This document shows, in pieces, positions 11,479-23,822 of a stretch of 64,000 bases of DNA. The position numbers and the translations under genes are program-made. The notes under the pieces are model-generated. The model was not told the origin of the DNA. It did not search any database and saw only the letters and a list, made by a program, of their open reading frames with translations. This stretch comes from Phyllosticta citribraziliensis. Taxonomy: Eukaryota. Numbering within the stretch: position 1 is the first letter of the stretch; each line of letters begins with the position of its first letter. The stretch is taken from the NCBI RefSeq assembly GCF_038025025.1, contig NW_027117341.1, positions 1,612,001-1,676,000 on the forward strand, read 5' to 3'.

Positions 11479-14400
11479 ATGGCGGGAATGGACCCTGAGC
11501 TCGTGCTCCGCCAGCAGCAAATGCAGCAAATGGACACCCTCTTCGACTTTGGCGAGGCTGCCATGCCCGACGCTCCAGATTCCACCATTTCTGACAGCCA
11601 AGCCCACGCCGCCCAATTCGGAACCTGCGTGCTTCATCCTCACGATGATGGGTGAGTCTTCGTTTTCAATTCACTTTCCACCGGCACGCCTGAGTCTGCC
11701 GCGCCCCGCTCAACCGAGGCCCTGTCAGGAACGCTGCTTTTCTTACGCTTTTCACCCCCCACGAGACCATTCTGTACCTCCATTGGCTGTAGCCGAAAAT
11801 CCCACTCTCAGGAATTGTCTGCCCAAAAGAGGAACCGCGTCCAACGTCACCCCCGACTGTCTCTGGACTCGCCTGGCCCGAATCGCTTTGTTAACCTCTT
11901 CCAGTTGCTTGTGTCTTGGACACACTGGTCAAGTCGACCTGGCCGATACCTCATTGGCCACTCGAGAGCTTGCAACCGACGGCGATCTGAACAATGACTG
12001 GACCATCAACTTTTCCAACTCCATTCTCGGGTACTCCAAGCCTGAGCATCCCTGCGAATACTGCCGCGTCCGACAGTTTGATTGCTTCATGACCTTCGAG
12101 GGTCAGACTGGGTGTGTATTCCGAGGGAGAGGAGTTTTTCCGAATGACTGCGCTGAAACCTCCCTAGTTGCAGTCCCTGCAATGCCTTGTTCCGCACGTG
12201 TAGTTTCAACAGGCCGACACAAGAGCGCCGGCCAAGAAACGTCGTCGACACACTACACGTCGTCGCCGAGGACGAGCAGCAGGTATGACTGCCGTCTCCC
12301 TATGCCATTCCCCATTGCTTACCAAGTCATCAAGGAATTCGGCACTCTGACTGGGACCAAGGTCCTGACTGGTATCAAGACCCATGAGGACCGCGCTCAG
12401 GACCGCGCCCAACGAAAGAGCGGCGTCAGATTTTCCAAGCCTGCCATCAGAGCTCTAACAGAGTGGATCGTCGCCCATAGCGATCATCCGTACCCCACGG
12501 AGCAGGAGAAGGATGAGTTGAGGCAAAAGACTGGCCTGTCCGAGACCCAGATGAACAACTGGTTTGCCAATGCACGGCGGAGAAAGAAGCACATGCCCAG
12601 GCGAATGGACTCTGACGGATCTGGCGCCAGCAGCGCCATCGACATTCCCAACCTCCCCAACCAGAGCTGGAAAGACTTGAACCCCATGGAGCGATGGAAG
12701 ATCTCTCCGCCTGAAAACGAACCTGCTCCTCTTACTGCCATCGCGCAGGCCGTGAGGCAGCACACTCCGCCGTTGGAAAATGGCTCTTCGGCCCATACTA
12801 GTCGCCATGGATCCAGTGCCAGCTCTGGGCCCCAATCTCGCCGGGCGCCCTCGTCTGCAAGCTTGGAAGTCACCTCTGTCAACTCGGCCCTCTCCAGCCA
12901 GGATGACTCGTTTGGGTCCATCTTCTCGTTTGACTCGGGCAACTCTCGTCACTCGTGGGGTTCATTTGGATCTTTTGGCCCCAAGGGCATCCGAAAGGAG
13001 CGTCGCCGCCGCCGCCGCCAGGAGCTCAAGTCTCAAAAGCCTGGAGAGGATGGCCGAAGAATGTTTCGTGAGTCCCGGAGGATCTTGTCGAATTGGTCCA
13101 TGCTAATCGCAGTAGAATGTACGTTTTGCACGGATACTTTCAAGAGCAAATATGACTGGTCAAGACACGAAAAGAGCCTGCACTTGAGCCTGGAAAAATG
13201 GATATGCGCACCGCTGGGACCCGTCATCACCTGTACTGCATCGGGTCAGCGCAAGTGCGTATTTTGCGAGAAGATAGATCCTTCCAAGGAACATTTGGAG
13301 AACCACAACTGGACGGCCTGTGAGGAGAAGAGTCCTGAGCAACGCACCTTTTATAGAAAAGACCACCTGCGCCAACACATGCGCCTCATGCATGACTGCA
13401 AGCTCAACGAGCTGATGGAGAGTTGGAAATCGGAGACGACCTATATTCGCTCTCGGTAAGATCTTCGAAAGATGAGCACCGACGCTGGCTGACCTGTAGT
13501 AGTTGCGGATTTTGCCGCAAGACCTTCGACACCTGGCAAGACCGAGTTGACCATCTCGCCAAGGAATTCCGCAATGGAGCTTTGATGAAGGACTGGAAAG
13601 GATGTCGCGGATTTGACCCTCAAGTCGCCCTCCTCGTCACCAACGCCATGCCTCCGTACCTGATCGGCAGCGAGTCCAAAACTCCAAACCCATTCAAAGC
13701 GTCCGAACCGGCCTCTCTGGCATGGCACTTGTCAGCTGTCCCAGATCCTGGAGTCAACCGATACGAAACTGTAGCCAACGCAGGGTTTTTCCACCCGGAC
13801 CAAGAGTACGCGTGGGCCAGCATCTTGCAGCAAGAGGGCATTGGACCGACAACAAGCCTGCCTTCCAACAACATGCCCACGGCCGGTGCCATGAGTGCCA
13901 CCGCCTGGGAGATTCTCACCGTCCGCCTGGGAAGGTACACCAAGATGCAAATGTCTCATGGCATTACGCCGACTGACAATATGTTGCAACGGGAAGCCCG
14001 GAGGATCATTTACGATGAAGATGATGGCTGGGAACAGACAGCGGCGGACAATCCGGAGTGGTTGGAGCTTTTCAAGAAGGCGCACGGAATAATCGACGCC
14101 GGCAATAACTTTGACAGAGGGGACACTCTCGAGGACCTCGGAATGCTCGGAGACGTCCAGCAATACTTGGTCGAAAACCCTCTTCAGGGATTCACTCCTG
14201 CAACGCAACCAACGTCGATCCAGACGTCGCCTACCAACGTGTCCTCGGGCTTTCCTTCGACGACAGCACACGACTCGAGCTGTCCCGATGACATGATGCG
14301 CACGACCGACAACTACTGCGCCAAGATGATGCTCGGTGGTCCTAACATATCCTGGGGCGACTCGTTCGGATTCGGCACCTCATTGGACGGGGGAGGTGAT

Positions 14401-14526
14401 CTTTCAGGAGGAGGTCTGGATTTCCAGATGGACGGCTTGGAGATTGGTACGGGAGAAGAAATTGATCGACGCCAGACCTGGAACGGGTTCCCGAACCACC
14501 TGCCGACGAGCAACAGTATGCCTTAG
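11479..14526 (+). CDS. Transcription factor: Zn2Cys6-like cluster, TALE homeodomain and C2H2 zinc fingers
   Basis: Introns 11652-11904, 12112-12167, 12283-12334, 13068-13115 and 13456-13502 give one frame. Homeodomain HPYPT...WFANARRR; C2H2 CTFC..RHEKSLH. The first exon is less certain. Confidence 0.85.
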
Positions 14527-15227
14527 AGAATCGACCGGATGACCCTGCCCTTGGAAAATTGTAAGAGATAATATTTCGGCGCGTTGGAGACTAGGCTCTT
14601 TTCTTCTCGTGTACGTGTTTTAGACAATGGACGGCGTTGGTTGGGATCGGTTTGGCGGTTATGTTGGTAAGAAGTGGCTCAACGATGATGATATATTGGA
14701 GAGGGTCGCATCACTCTCGAAATTTGGGTGGGGTAATGGACATTGATATACATGACCTACGTACCTGCCTTGCTCCGCCGCACTGGTGACTCACAGCTGA
14801 TACATGCTGGCCTGAGGCACTTGATGGGCTGATGTCGCCTGTCAGACATGTCAACGGGCGCGGTCGCTCGGCATTGAGCCGAACTGTTAGGATGCCGTCG
14901 CTCAGGTTCCGGCCTGGGTGCTGATGTCACTGAGCGTGAGGCGAATCTATTGCCCAAGCTAAGAGCAGTTCTTTTCTTTCGTGATGCAGACCATTTCATT
15001 CTGTACCTGAAGTTGTGGTCGCGGACGAGACTAAAATTGCCTTTTTGGGGAATTTGTATGCCGAAGCTTTTCCGACATGTGACATCGTGATCCCTGCTGA
15101 CCAATCGTCACTCCAAACTCCGGGTACTTGGATCGTAGGACCTGCCACGCCAATTGCTCCTCGCATGCGGGTCGACGACCGTCCAACAACCACAGCTGCT
15201 GTCCTCCCGCAGCAGTGAACCGCGACA

Positions 15228-16470
15228 ATGGCCAACATCCTTCTGTCACTATGGCTTCTGGCCGCCCTCGTCTTAATCGCGTCCGCCGAACACACATCCA
15301 ACTGGGCCGTTTTGGTGTCGACATCGCGCTTCTGGTTCAACTACCGCCACCTCGCCAACGTGCTCTCGCTCTACCGGTCCGTCAAGCGTCTCGGGATCCC
15401 CGACTCGCAAATCATCCTCATGCTGCCCGACGACATGGCGTGCAATCCGCGCAACGCATTCCCCGGGACGGTATACAACAACGCGGACCGGGCGCTCGAT
15501 CTTTACGGCGACAACATCGAGGTGGACTACAGGGGCTACGAGGTTACGGTGGAGAACTTCATCCGCCTCATGACGGATCGCGTGGGCGAGGACATGCCGC
15601 GGAGCAAGCGGCTGTTGACGGACGAGCGCAGCAACATCTTGGTGTACATGACGGGCCATGGCGGGAACGAGTTCCTCAAGTTCCAGGACGCCGAGGAAAT
15701 CAGCGCGTTCGACCTCGCGGACGCGTTTGAGCAGATGTGGGAGAAGAAGCGGTTGGTTTCTCTCCATCCTCTCCCCTGGCTTCGGTAAAGGCTAACGTCG
15801 TTCCTCTCCTAGCTACCACGAGATGCTCTTCATGATCGACACCTGCCAGGCCAACACCATGTACAGCAAATTCTACAGTCCAAACATCATCGCAACCGGG
15901 TCATCTGAGATCGACCAGTCGTCCTACTCGCACCACGCGGACAACGACGTCGGCGTCGCCGTCATCGACCGCTACACGTACTACAATCTCGAATTCCTCG
16001 AGACGCAGGTCCAGGACACGTCGTCGAAGCTCACCATGGGCGACCTGTTCGACTCGTACGACGAAGCCAAGATCCACAGCCACCCGGGCGTGCGGTACGA
16101 CCTGTTCCCCGGCGGCGAGCAAGCGGCGCGGGAGCGACTCGTCATGGACTTTTTCGGCAACGTGCAAAACGTCGAGATGGAGGGCGTGGGCCGCAACGAG
16201 ACCAAGCTGCAAGAGGAGCTGGAGTACCTCAGCCGGGTGATTGACGAGGCAAAGAGGCGCGCCGCCAACGAGTCGGAGGCTGCTCCCGGGCCGGCGTACA
16301 CGGCCGCGGGGCTCAGCGAGGAGGTCAGGGTGGAGCCGCAGCGCGTCAAGAAGTTTGAGGGCCCGGCCCGTGTCATGCGCGACGGCGGGTGGAGCAAGCA
16401 GGCCGTGGGCGTGTCGGCCTTGGTCGGCCTCGCTGGTGTGTGGGCTGCTGCGTCGTGGTTTGAGTCCTAG
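15228..16470 (+). CDS. GPI8: GPI-anchor transamidase catalytic subunit (peptidase C13)
   Basis: Signal peptide; [20 protein letters not shown]; catalytic TGHGG and IDTCQA; C-terminal TM segment; intron 15752-15812. Confidence 0.97.
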
Positions 16471-18048
16471 AGGTGCATCAACGCATTCGTCTTGATGCGA
16501 CTTCGGTGTACTGTATCTGGCGCAGCAATATCACCGTCTTGCTTCTTCGCCGTGGTTTGCACAAGAGTCTCCAGCAGCTGCGCCGTCAGACCGCTCATCT
16601 AGCCCGCAGTCGTTGCTTCACGCGCCGAGCCCCAGCTGCGCACCGCCAGACGGGAGTCCGGTGCACTCCGCCCTCCAGGGGCGACGTAGCGACTCCTCCA
16701 TCTACGTTGCTGGGTTCGTACTGCGACCTGGACAATTGACTGGACATCCTCAGCGTCTCGACATCGACACCGCGACACAATCGAGCGCATCAATCTTGTA
16801 GTCACGCAGGCCGTGGCCGCGGTCATCGCAGCCGCCTGCTCGCAGGAGCCAAGTACTCTACTAGAGAACCAGACACGGCGCCGCGCTTGTTGGCCTGTAG
16901 CCAATAAACAGGCAGGCAGTGTGCGAAGCAGGTATGCGCCAGTTGCGACGGGGCAGACTTTGCAAGCGGAGGTCCAGAGCGGCGGACTTGTCACATACCT
17001 ACCTACAGTACCTAGGCATCGCCCTGCCTTCGTGTCTGGGATGTTCGAGCGCGGCGACTGCTGCTCACTCGCGTCGTCAACATGGCGGTGGAGGGTCAAA
17101 ATCCAAGTATTTTTTGGTTTCTGCAGCTAAGAGGACTCTTTATCCTCATTGTGTGGTCGGACCGTCGCCGTCTTTTTCACCTATGGCAGTAATGTAGGTA
17201 GGTAGCCAATAGCTGACTGACGCCGTTGTGAGGTGGCGCCGCTATCATAAACCCTGTTCTCATACTCCAATCTTCTTTCTTTTCTTTTTCTCTTTCTTCT
17301 TTTTCGATTTTTTCTTCTCTGTCGTTTCTTGGTCCGCTTCCTCGGCCGTTGGTTCCAACTTGTTTGCTGCGCCTTGACTACCTTGGGTAGTAGTTGGTTG
17401 GTCGCTGGTTGCTGGTTACTTACCCGTTTATGCAGCCGTGGTCGAGCTTGTGGCCGGCGATGACGTACGGCCTGCCGTAGCCTTGGGTTGGTCGCCACAC
17501 CTCACCCACCCACCTACCCACATGGATTGATCTCAGCCTCTGCGGCCCAGGCTGAGCGCTCCCTCCCTCCCTCCCTGCCCTGTTCTCCACACCCACACGC
17601 ACCCTTCCAAACTGGACCACAGGCAGGGCTTATGCGGCATGTACGTCATATTTCCTCTCCACAAGTGAGCCCGGCCAGGCGCATCGATGTCGGGTCAGCG
17701 ACCAACTACCTACCTTACCTACTATTCCACAACACGCAGCAGCAGCAGCATCTGTTCTCCAGAATTCCTTCAGTCCCATTCGCCTTTTCTCTCTGTCTGT
17801 CTACCTACCGCACCTATTGTTCTGTGCTGCTTTGTCGGACACTCTCTGCATCATCTGTCTGCGTCTGCGCGTGCGTCTGCATGGCCTAGTCTTACCGGCC
17901 TACCTACCTGTCTAACTACCTACCTACCTACCTAATCCCTCCGTCGGTGGCTTTGCCTCACATCACATCGCATCGAACCGCCCACCTCACCTTCCTACCT
18001 CTCTCCCCACACCCACACACCCACCAAACCAAACCAACCTCGACCGCA

Positions 18049-20199
18049 ATGACAGGCGAAATCCAAACGGTGCCGGCGCGCCACGGCGTGGCGACGTTCG
18101 TCCCGCGCGGCCACTCGATCCGCGTCATCAACACGTACGGCACGCAGACGGTCGACCTGTGGGCGTTTGCGCTGCAGCGCCCGCCGCAGGACGAGCCGGA
18201 CGCCGCGCGCCGCGCTGCTGAGGAGGACGAGATACGCCGGGCGCAGGAGGAGGCGGCTGCGGCTGCGGCTGAAGAAAAGGAGGAGGAGGAGAAGGGGAAG
18301 GAGAAGGGGGAGGAGAAGGGGACGGCAGCGGGTGGGGAGGCGAAAGAGACGGGGTCTGATGTGAGGGATATGGTGGTTGAAGAGGTACCTGGGAAGCAGG
18401 TGGAGGAAGAGAAGAGGAGTCCTCAGCGGCCGACGCGCAGTTGGTCTGCCTACGCGTCGTACGTGCCCTCGCTGCGGTTGAAATCGAAGAACCAGGCGAG
18501 CTCTACCGCCGCCGCCGCAAAAGACGCAAAAGCAGACTCGCAGAGGACGGCACCGTCGTCGTCGTACGCCTCGTACCTACCAACGCTCCGCGCACGGGCA
18601 AAGGAAGCACCGCCCCCAGCTCCAGCTCCAACACCGGCAGAGTCTGCCGGCGCGGACAAGGGCGACTTGAAGGAAGACGACAAGTCGCTGCAGTCGACGT
18701 CGGACTATGTGTCGGCCGAGGAGGGAGAGGTGGAGGAGAAGGCCAGGAACGACGACGAGGACTCAGGACAAGAGACGGATAAGCAGGGCGCAGCCGAAAA
18801 AGACGGAGAAGGAAAGGAAGAACAAAACGACTTGAGCGCCTCCGCCACGTCGACCAAGAGCTGGGGCTCCTATCTCCCGTCGATCCGCAGGGGGAAAGGG
18901 TTGCAGTCGTCGGCGACGGCGGCGAAGTGGAACCCCAATGCTAAAGGCTGGCTCTCGTACATCCCCTCGGGCAAGTCGTTCACGTCGTACCTCCCCAGCA
19001 GCGGCAAAGAGGCCCTCTCGGCCTTTGCCGCGTCGCACTATCGCGATCCGGACAAGTCATATGGCGAGCAGCTGTACGAGTTTTCCAAGACGCCCGTCGG
19101 CGCGTTTAGTCTGTCTGGTGAGCATGCCTGCCCCTTTCGTTGAACGGTCAGAGATGGAGATGGATATGGATGCTGACAAGGACTTTTTGAAGCGGCCGCC
19201 GGATCTGGCACTGCGGGCTCGCTGTATGCAGCGTACAATGCGTATGTCAAGCTGCAGGCGACGCGGCGCTCGACCGAGCCCATGGAGTACCTCTCGCTGC
19301 CGCACACCATGGCGACATCGACGCACGTGTCGCCGCAGCCGGGCGACTCGCTCGTCACCAACCTGCGCAACCCGCTGCTCACGCTGCTCGACGACACGAC
19401 ACCAGAGCCCACCACCACTCTCCCTAGCGATGACGGCGGCAGCAGCCCGCCCACCGTGCCCCTCCGCCACGGCACGCTCCTCCCCGCGTGCGACCCGGCC
19501 GTCTACAAGCAGCTCGCGGCGCTGGCCGGCCGCGCGCGCGGCGAAGAGCACGGCTCGTGCGCCGAGAACCTCGTGCTGGCGCTGCAGTCGTTCAACGCGT
19601 CGGCGGGGCTCAAGGGCGGGCGCGCCGTGGGCGCCGACGTCACCATCAACTCGGCGCCGACGCCGCTGTCGCTGTTCCTCAACTGCGGCGTCCGTCAAGC
19701 AGGCGAGGAAGTGTGCGTGGCGCCGCCGCGCACGTACGACGGCGGCAAGATGGGACGCCCCGGCATGAAGGGCGGGTGGGTGCTGTTTCGCGCTGAGAGG
19801 GATGTTGTTGTCGTGCTGTCGGCTTGTCCGATGGAGGTGGGGGAGGTCAATGGCGGGCGGTGCATGGCGGCGAACTTTGTGGTCGAGGAGCCTCTGGTGG
19901 AGCCGCAGGCCTCAACGGCGAAGACGACGACGGCCGCGCATGAAGAAGAGGAGGCGGAGAAGCTGGCGAAGCTAGAGATGGCCAGAGCGTTTGGTCGTGC
20001 TCTGGGCGCAAAGGTTCCGCAGAGGAGCGTGAGTGTGCAGGCGCCGGGTGGTGAAGAGAGCACCGAGACGCTGGACAATAAGAGCGTGGGCAGCCAGTCG
20101 CCGACGGCTGCTGGCGAGGTGAGGAACAGGGCGCGGCCGGGCAGGAGGAAGCCGAAGAAATTGGAGAGACGCAGTCGCAGCGGTGCCGAGGTCAAGTAG
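18049..20199 (+). CDS. DUF1989 (urea carboxylase-associated family) protein with a large low-complexity insertion
   Basis: N-part VPARHG..IRVINTYGTQTVDLWAF; C-part EYLSLPHT..GDSLVTNLRNPLLTLLDDT..ACD..HGSCAENL..RAERDVVVVLSACP; intron 19118-19192. Confidence 0.82.
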
Positions 20200-20748
20200 G
20201 CTGGTTGGGTTCCTTCAGTTGGGTCGAGGAGTACCTAGTTAGGGGTCTGTGTGGTTGATTGAGATGAGGCTAGTGTTTCCTTTGCAAGGGTTTCGATGAG
20301 GGGATTCGCATGTACACAGCGGATTGCATAATTTTGTAGGGTACACATTGTCTGATGAAGCCAATTCCTAGTCGGTCGGTCTAGCAGCAAATGTCTTGTC
20401 CACTTCAGCCGTGACTGTGTATAAGATGTGCAGTACGTACCACCCATCGTTCCACCGAAACTAGGGACGTAGAGGTACAAAGTGACGTCACATCGAAACA
20501 TTTCAGTTCCTGTCTCTCTTCATGCCGGGCATGAGCTCATTGGCATTCTCCAAATGCAAGGCCGTCGACGATCCTCAGCAGCCCTCCACACCATGTCGCG
20601 TCATCGAGTGGGTGTACAATCTTTTCCCCCTCTCCAAATTTCCCACCAGCATATCCATGCCAAACCACGGTGGTGGTCCCTTGGGCACAGAGGGCACCGG
20701 GAGTCAACTCAGGGTTTGCAAATATTGGTTCAGGTTCGAGTTGGGCGC

Positions 20749-20778
20749 CAGTAGCAGTAGCAGTAGCAGTAGCAGTAG
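20749..20778. repeat. (CAGTAG)5 microsatellite
   Basis: Read directly from the sequence. Confidence 0.9.
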
Positions 20779-21392
20779 TGAGATGGTGCCTGTCGCTCGG
20801 ATATAGATGGTGTCAAGTGTCGACACGGTCCTCCCCCGCATCCTGGGTCGAAACAGGCCAGCTGCTGCCCCCATGGCGGGCGATCATATTGTGGTGTTGA
20901 CTTTTGTCGACGACACGGGCATGCAAGGGTGGAGTGTGGACAGGGTGGACATGGAGCGGCGGCGTCATCCATGAGCAGCGGGCCGGGCGGGCAAATGGCA
21001 GGGGACGACGACCTAGTGGAGGATGCGCCCGTCAGCTGCGGCATGCTGCGCCCAACCTGAACGGCAGACCGGTGGGGGAGCATTGGAAGCCCGACTGGAG
21101 AGAGAAGCTGTCCTCGCTCTCCACTCGATGACGCATGCTGCCTTGGGCTTCTCACCTCCCGTCGTCCTCTCATCCCACATCCTCCAAGCCAACCTCGCCT
21201 TTTCCCTCTGCCCCTGCTCACCGGATCCTGCAAGCTCCTTCTAGCACTCAAAACCACGACAACCGTCTCTTCCCTGCCGTGTTTTACCACTCGCGCTAGC
21301 AGGGTCACCTTTCTCTCCCCATTCCCCGCTTCCCACTACCGCGACACTTTTTCTCTTCGTCTCACCCTCACCGACCCTCAGCAGTCGTCAAC

Positions 21393-23119
21393 ATGCCGCC
21401 CGGCTTCCGCTCTTCCACGAGCGCCCTGGACCGCTTCGACGACTTTGACCCCCCTCCAAGGCCCGTTCGATGGGACCGCGAAAAGTTTGAGCGCGTGCGG
21501 AGTCGCGGCCCCCCGTACGACGAGCGCGAAGTCTTTCGCTACGAAGAGCGCGTCCCGGCGCCTGCAAAGTCAGTCACTGTCGAGGAGCGCGTGCCGCCCA
21601 GCCGCTTCGAGGAGCGCCGCTTGTACGAAGACGACGTCTACATTGACCGGCGGCCTGGCCACCGCCCCGACTTTCTCGACCGCGACGAGCCCTCTCCAGA
21701 GGAGCTGGCCAGTCGCGCACTAGCGCCTTATCGTCGCCGCACAGTGAGAGAGGTCAGCCCGCCCGCACGCTCGTCGCGGCCGCCCATGATTCGGCGACAG
21801 TCGTCTCTCGACACGTTTGATCGCCCTCCTGTCCACCACCACCACTACTACCCGGACGAGGAGAGGGAACGCGAGTGGCGGCCGCCGACCGGCGTCGACA
21901 TTCCGCTGCCCATCCGTCGCCGATCCCGCTCGCATCGCCGGCGCTCACCTCCCCCCGACCGCTACAGGGAGGAGGAGTTTGAAGAAATCAGGCACAAGGA
22001 TGCCGAGCCGGATTTTAAAGAAGACTACAGAGAAGTCGAGATTCGGCGCGAAAAGAGCAAGGTGCGCAAGCCGCGCAGCGAGCGCAGCAGCAGGAGCAAG
22101 CACCGCGCGCCGTCGTCGACCAGCTCTTCCACCTCGAGTTTTGAAGAGATTACCGAGGAAGCGCCCCCGCTGCCTGGCAAAAGAGGCAAGACTCGTATGC
22201 CCAAGCGCCTTGTCCACAGGAAAGCAATCGTCGAGCTCGGCTATCCGTTTGAGGAGGAGGTAGGTATCGACATGGAATTTCCAATGGCCACAGCTGACTT
22301 TTGCAGGATGACTTTCTCATAGTAAAGCGGGCGCTGGAGAAGCCTCAGATTGATGAGATTATCAAGATTAGCGAAACCTACAGGATTGAGGACAAAGACA
22401 GTAAGTTGTGTCAATTCTGCTGCCTGAACGTTATCTAATGCGCGAACAGAGGTTACAACATACCGCTACGACAAGGAGGAAGTCGTCGAAGCGCCTCCGC
22501 CTCCGCCTTCAGTCCATGATCCGCCACCTCCGACCATTATCGAGGCGCCGCCTCCGCCTCCATCTGTCCATTCGTCCCATGCGTCCCATCACACGCACCG
22601 GTCCCACCGGTCCCACCACACGCACAAATCGCACCACACACACCACTCCCACCACTCGCCGTCTCACCACTCGCCGTCTCATCACACGCATACCGTGCGG
22701 AGCGTTTCACCTCCTCGAGAAATCATCGAGGAGCGCATCGAGGAAGTGCGTCCCGGACCTCTCGTGGTCGTCCCCGAGCACCGGCACCGCAGCGACCGCG
22801 AGATCCGCGAAGAAATCCGGGAGCTGGAACGCGAGCGGCGGGCGCTGCAACTGGAGCGCGAAGCGCGCGACCTGCGCATCACCGAGGTCGAGTACCCCGT
22901 CACCGAGTACGAGGTGGTCGAGGAGCGGCCGGCGCGCAACGTGATTCGGGTCGACAAGGATCATAAGGGTAGGTTAGCCCTTGTCCGGTCGTCACACTAG
23001 CACAAGACGAGATGGTTGTTGATCTTTTGGTGTCGGAACATGTAGTCGTACGTTCTCGAACGCGCTCGAGGCCGCCCAACCCCAAGCTTGTCGCGGCCAT
23101 GATGTCCACGCTTACATAG
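21393..23119 (+). CDS. Arg/Glu/Pro-rich fungal protein with GKTRMPKRLV..LGYPFEEE domain; two possible C-termini (stop at 23000 or 23119)
   Basis: Introns 22260-22306 and 22401-22449 keep the frame (..GYPFEEE|DDFLIVKRALEKPQIDEIIKISETY..). Optional intron 22969-23045. Confidence 0.82.
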
Positions 23120-23822
23120 CGGGATGTCGTCTTTATCTGTTTTGGCATGGGCACTATACCACCATCACTACGGCTTTGGTATCTTGAGCATGATGGGGAA
23201 CATTAATTCTTCTTGACACGAGTCTCCTTTTTGTTTTTGATTCGTTTGCTTCTCTCACGACTTGAGAGATTGGGGGTTGGTTTTCTTTGACTAGCAAAGA
23301 GCGAGTGTCTTTTACAGGATAGATTTCGAAATGAAGCGACGGCTGAGATTGGAGCCCACGAGAAAACACATGGACGGTCTCGTATGATGTCATGATTGAA
23401 GCATTTCCTGGTCCCCGTCGACGTTTGTTGCCGTGGTCGTCGTCTGGTCGGGTCTGGTTTGGCTTCGGGGAGCGGGCCGACCAGTCGGTCCCGGAGTTAA
23501 CAGGCTGGTCCGTGCACTAACTACCCCAGATTATTTCTCTCCCTCCCGTCCCGTCCGACGTCGACTCGCGACGCGCGCCGTCAACCACCCACGCCATCAA
23601 TAGACTCGACGTGCCTGGCCATGCCGAACGATGTGGCCGACCTCCTCTCGCCGACGAATCCTCTCCCCATGATCTCCTGAGCACGCGGCTCTCCCTGTCT
23701 CCATTGGACCACGCACGGCACGGCCGCCATCCCCAGCGCCACGCCAGCGCTCCTCTTCTCGCATCCATCCATCCCACACACGACACCTCGACCTCGTCGC
23801 CAGCACCGCCGCCGCGGCGACA

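Noticed and set aside
11099..13459. 786-aa ORF as a single-exon protein
   Set aside because: It reads through several introns by chance; the spliced model restores the conserved motifs.
13110..13502. NAGNAG acceptors (CAGTAG at 13110, TAGTAG at 13497) in the homeobox gene
   Set aside because: The proximal AGs lie only a few nt from the branch motif, so the distal AG is probably used constitutively.
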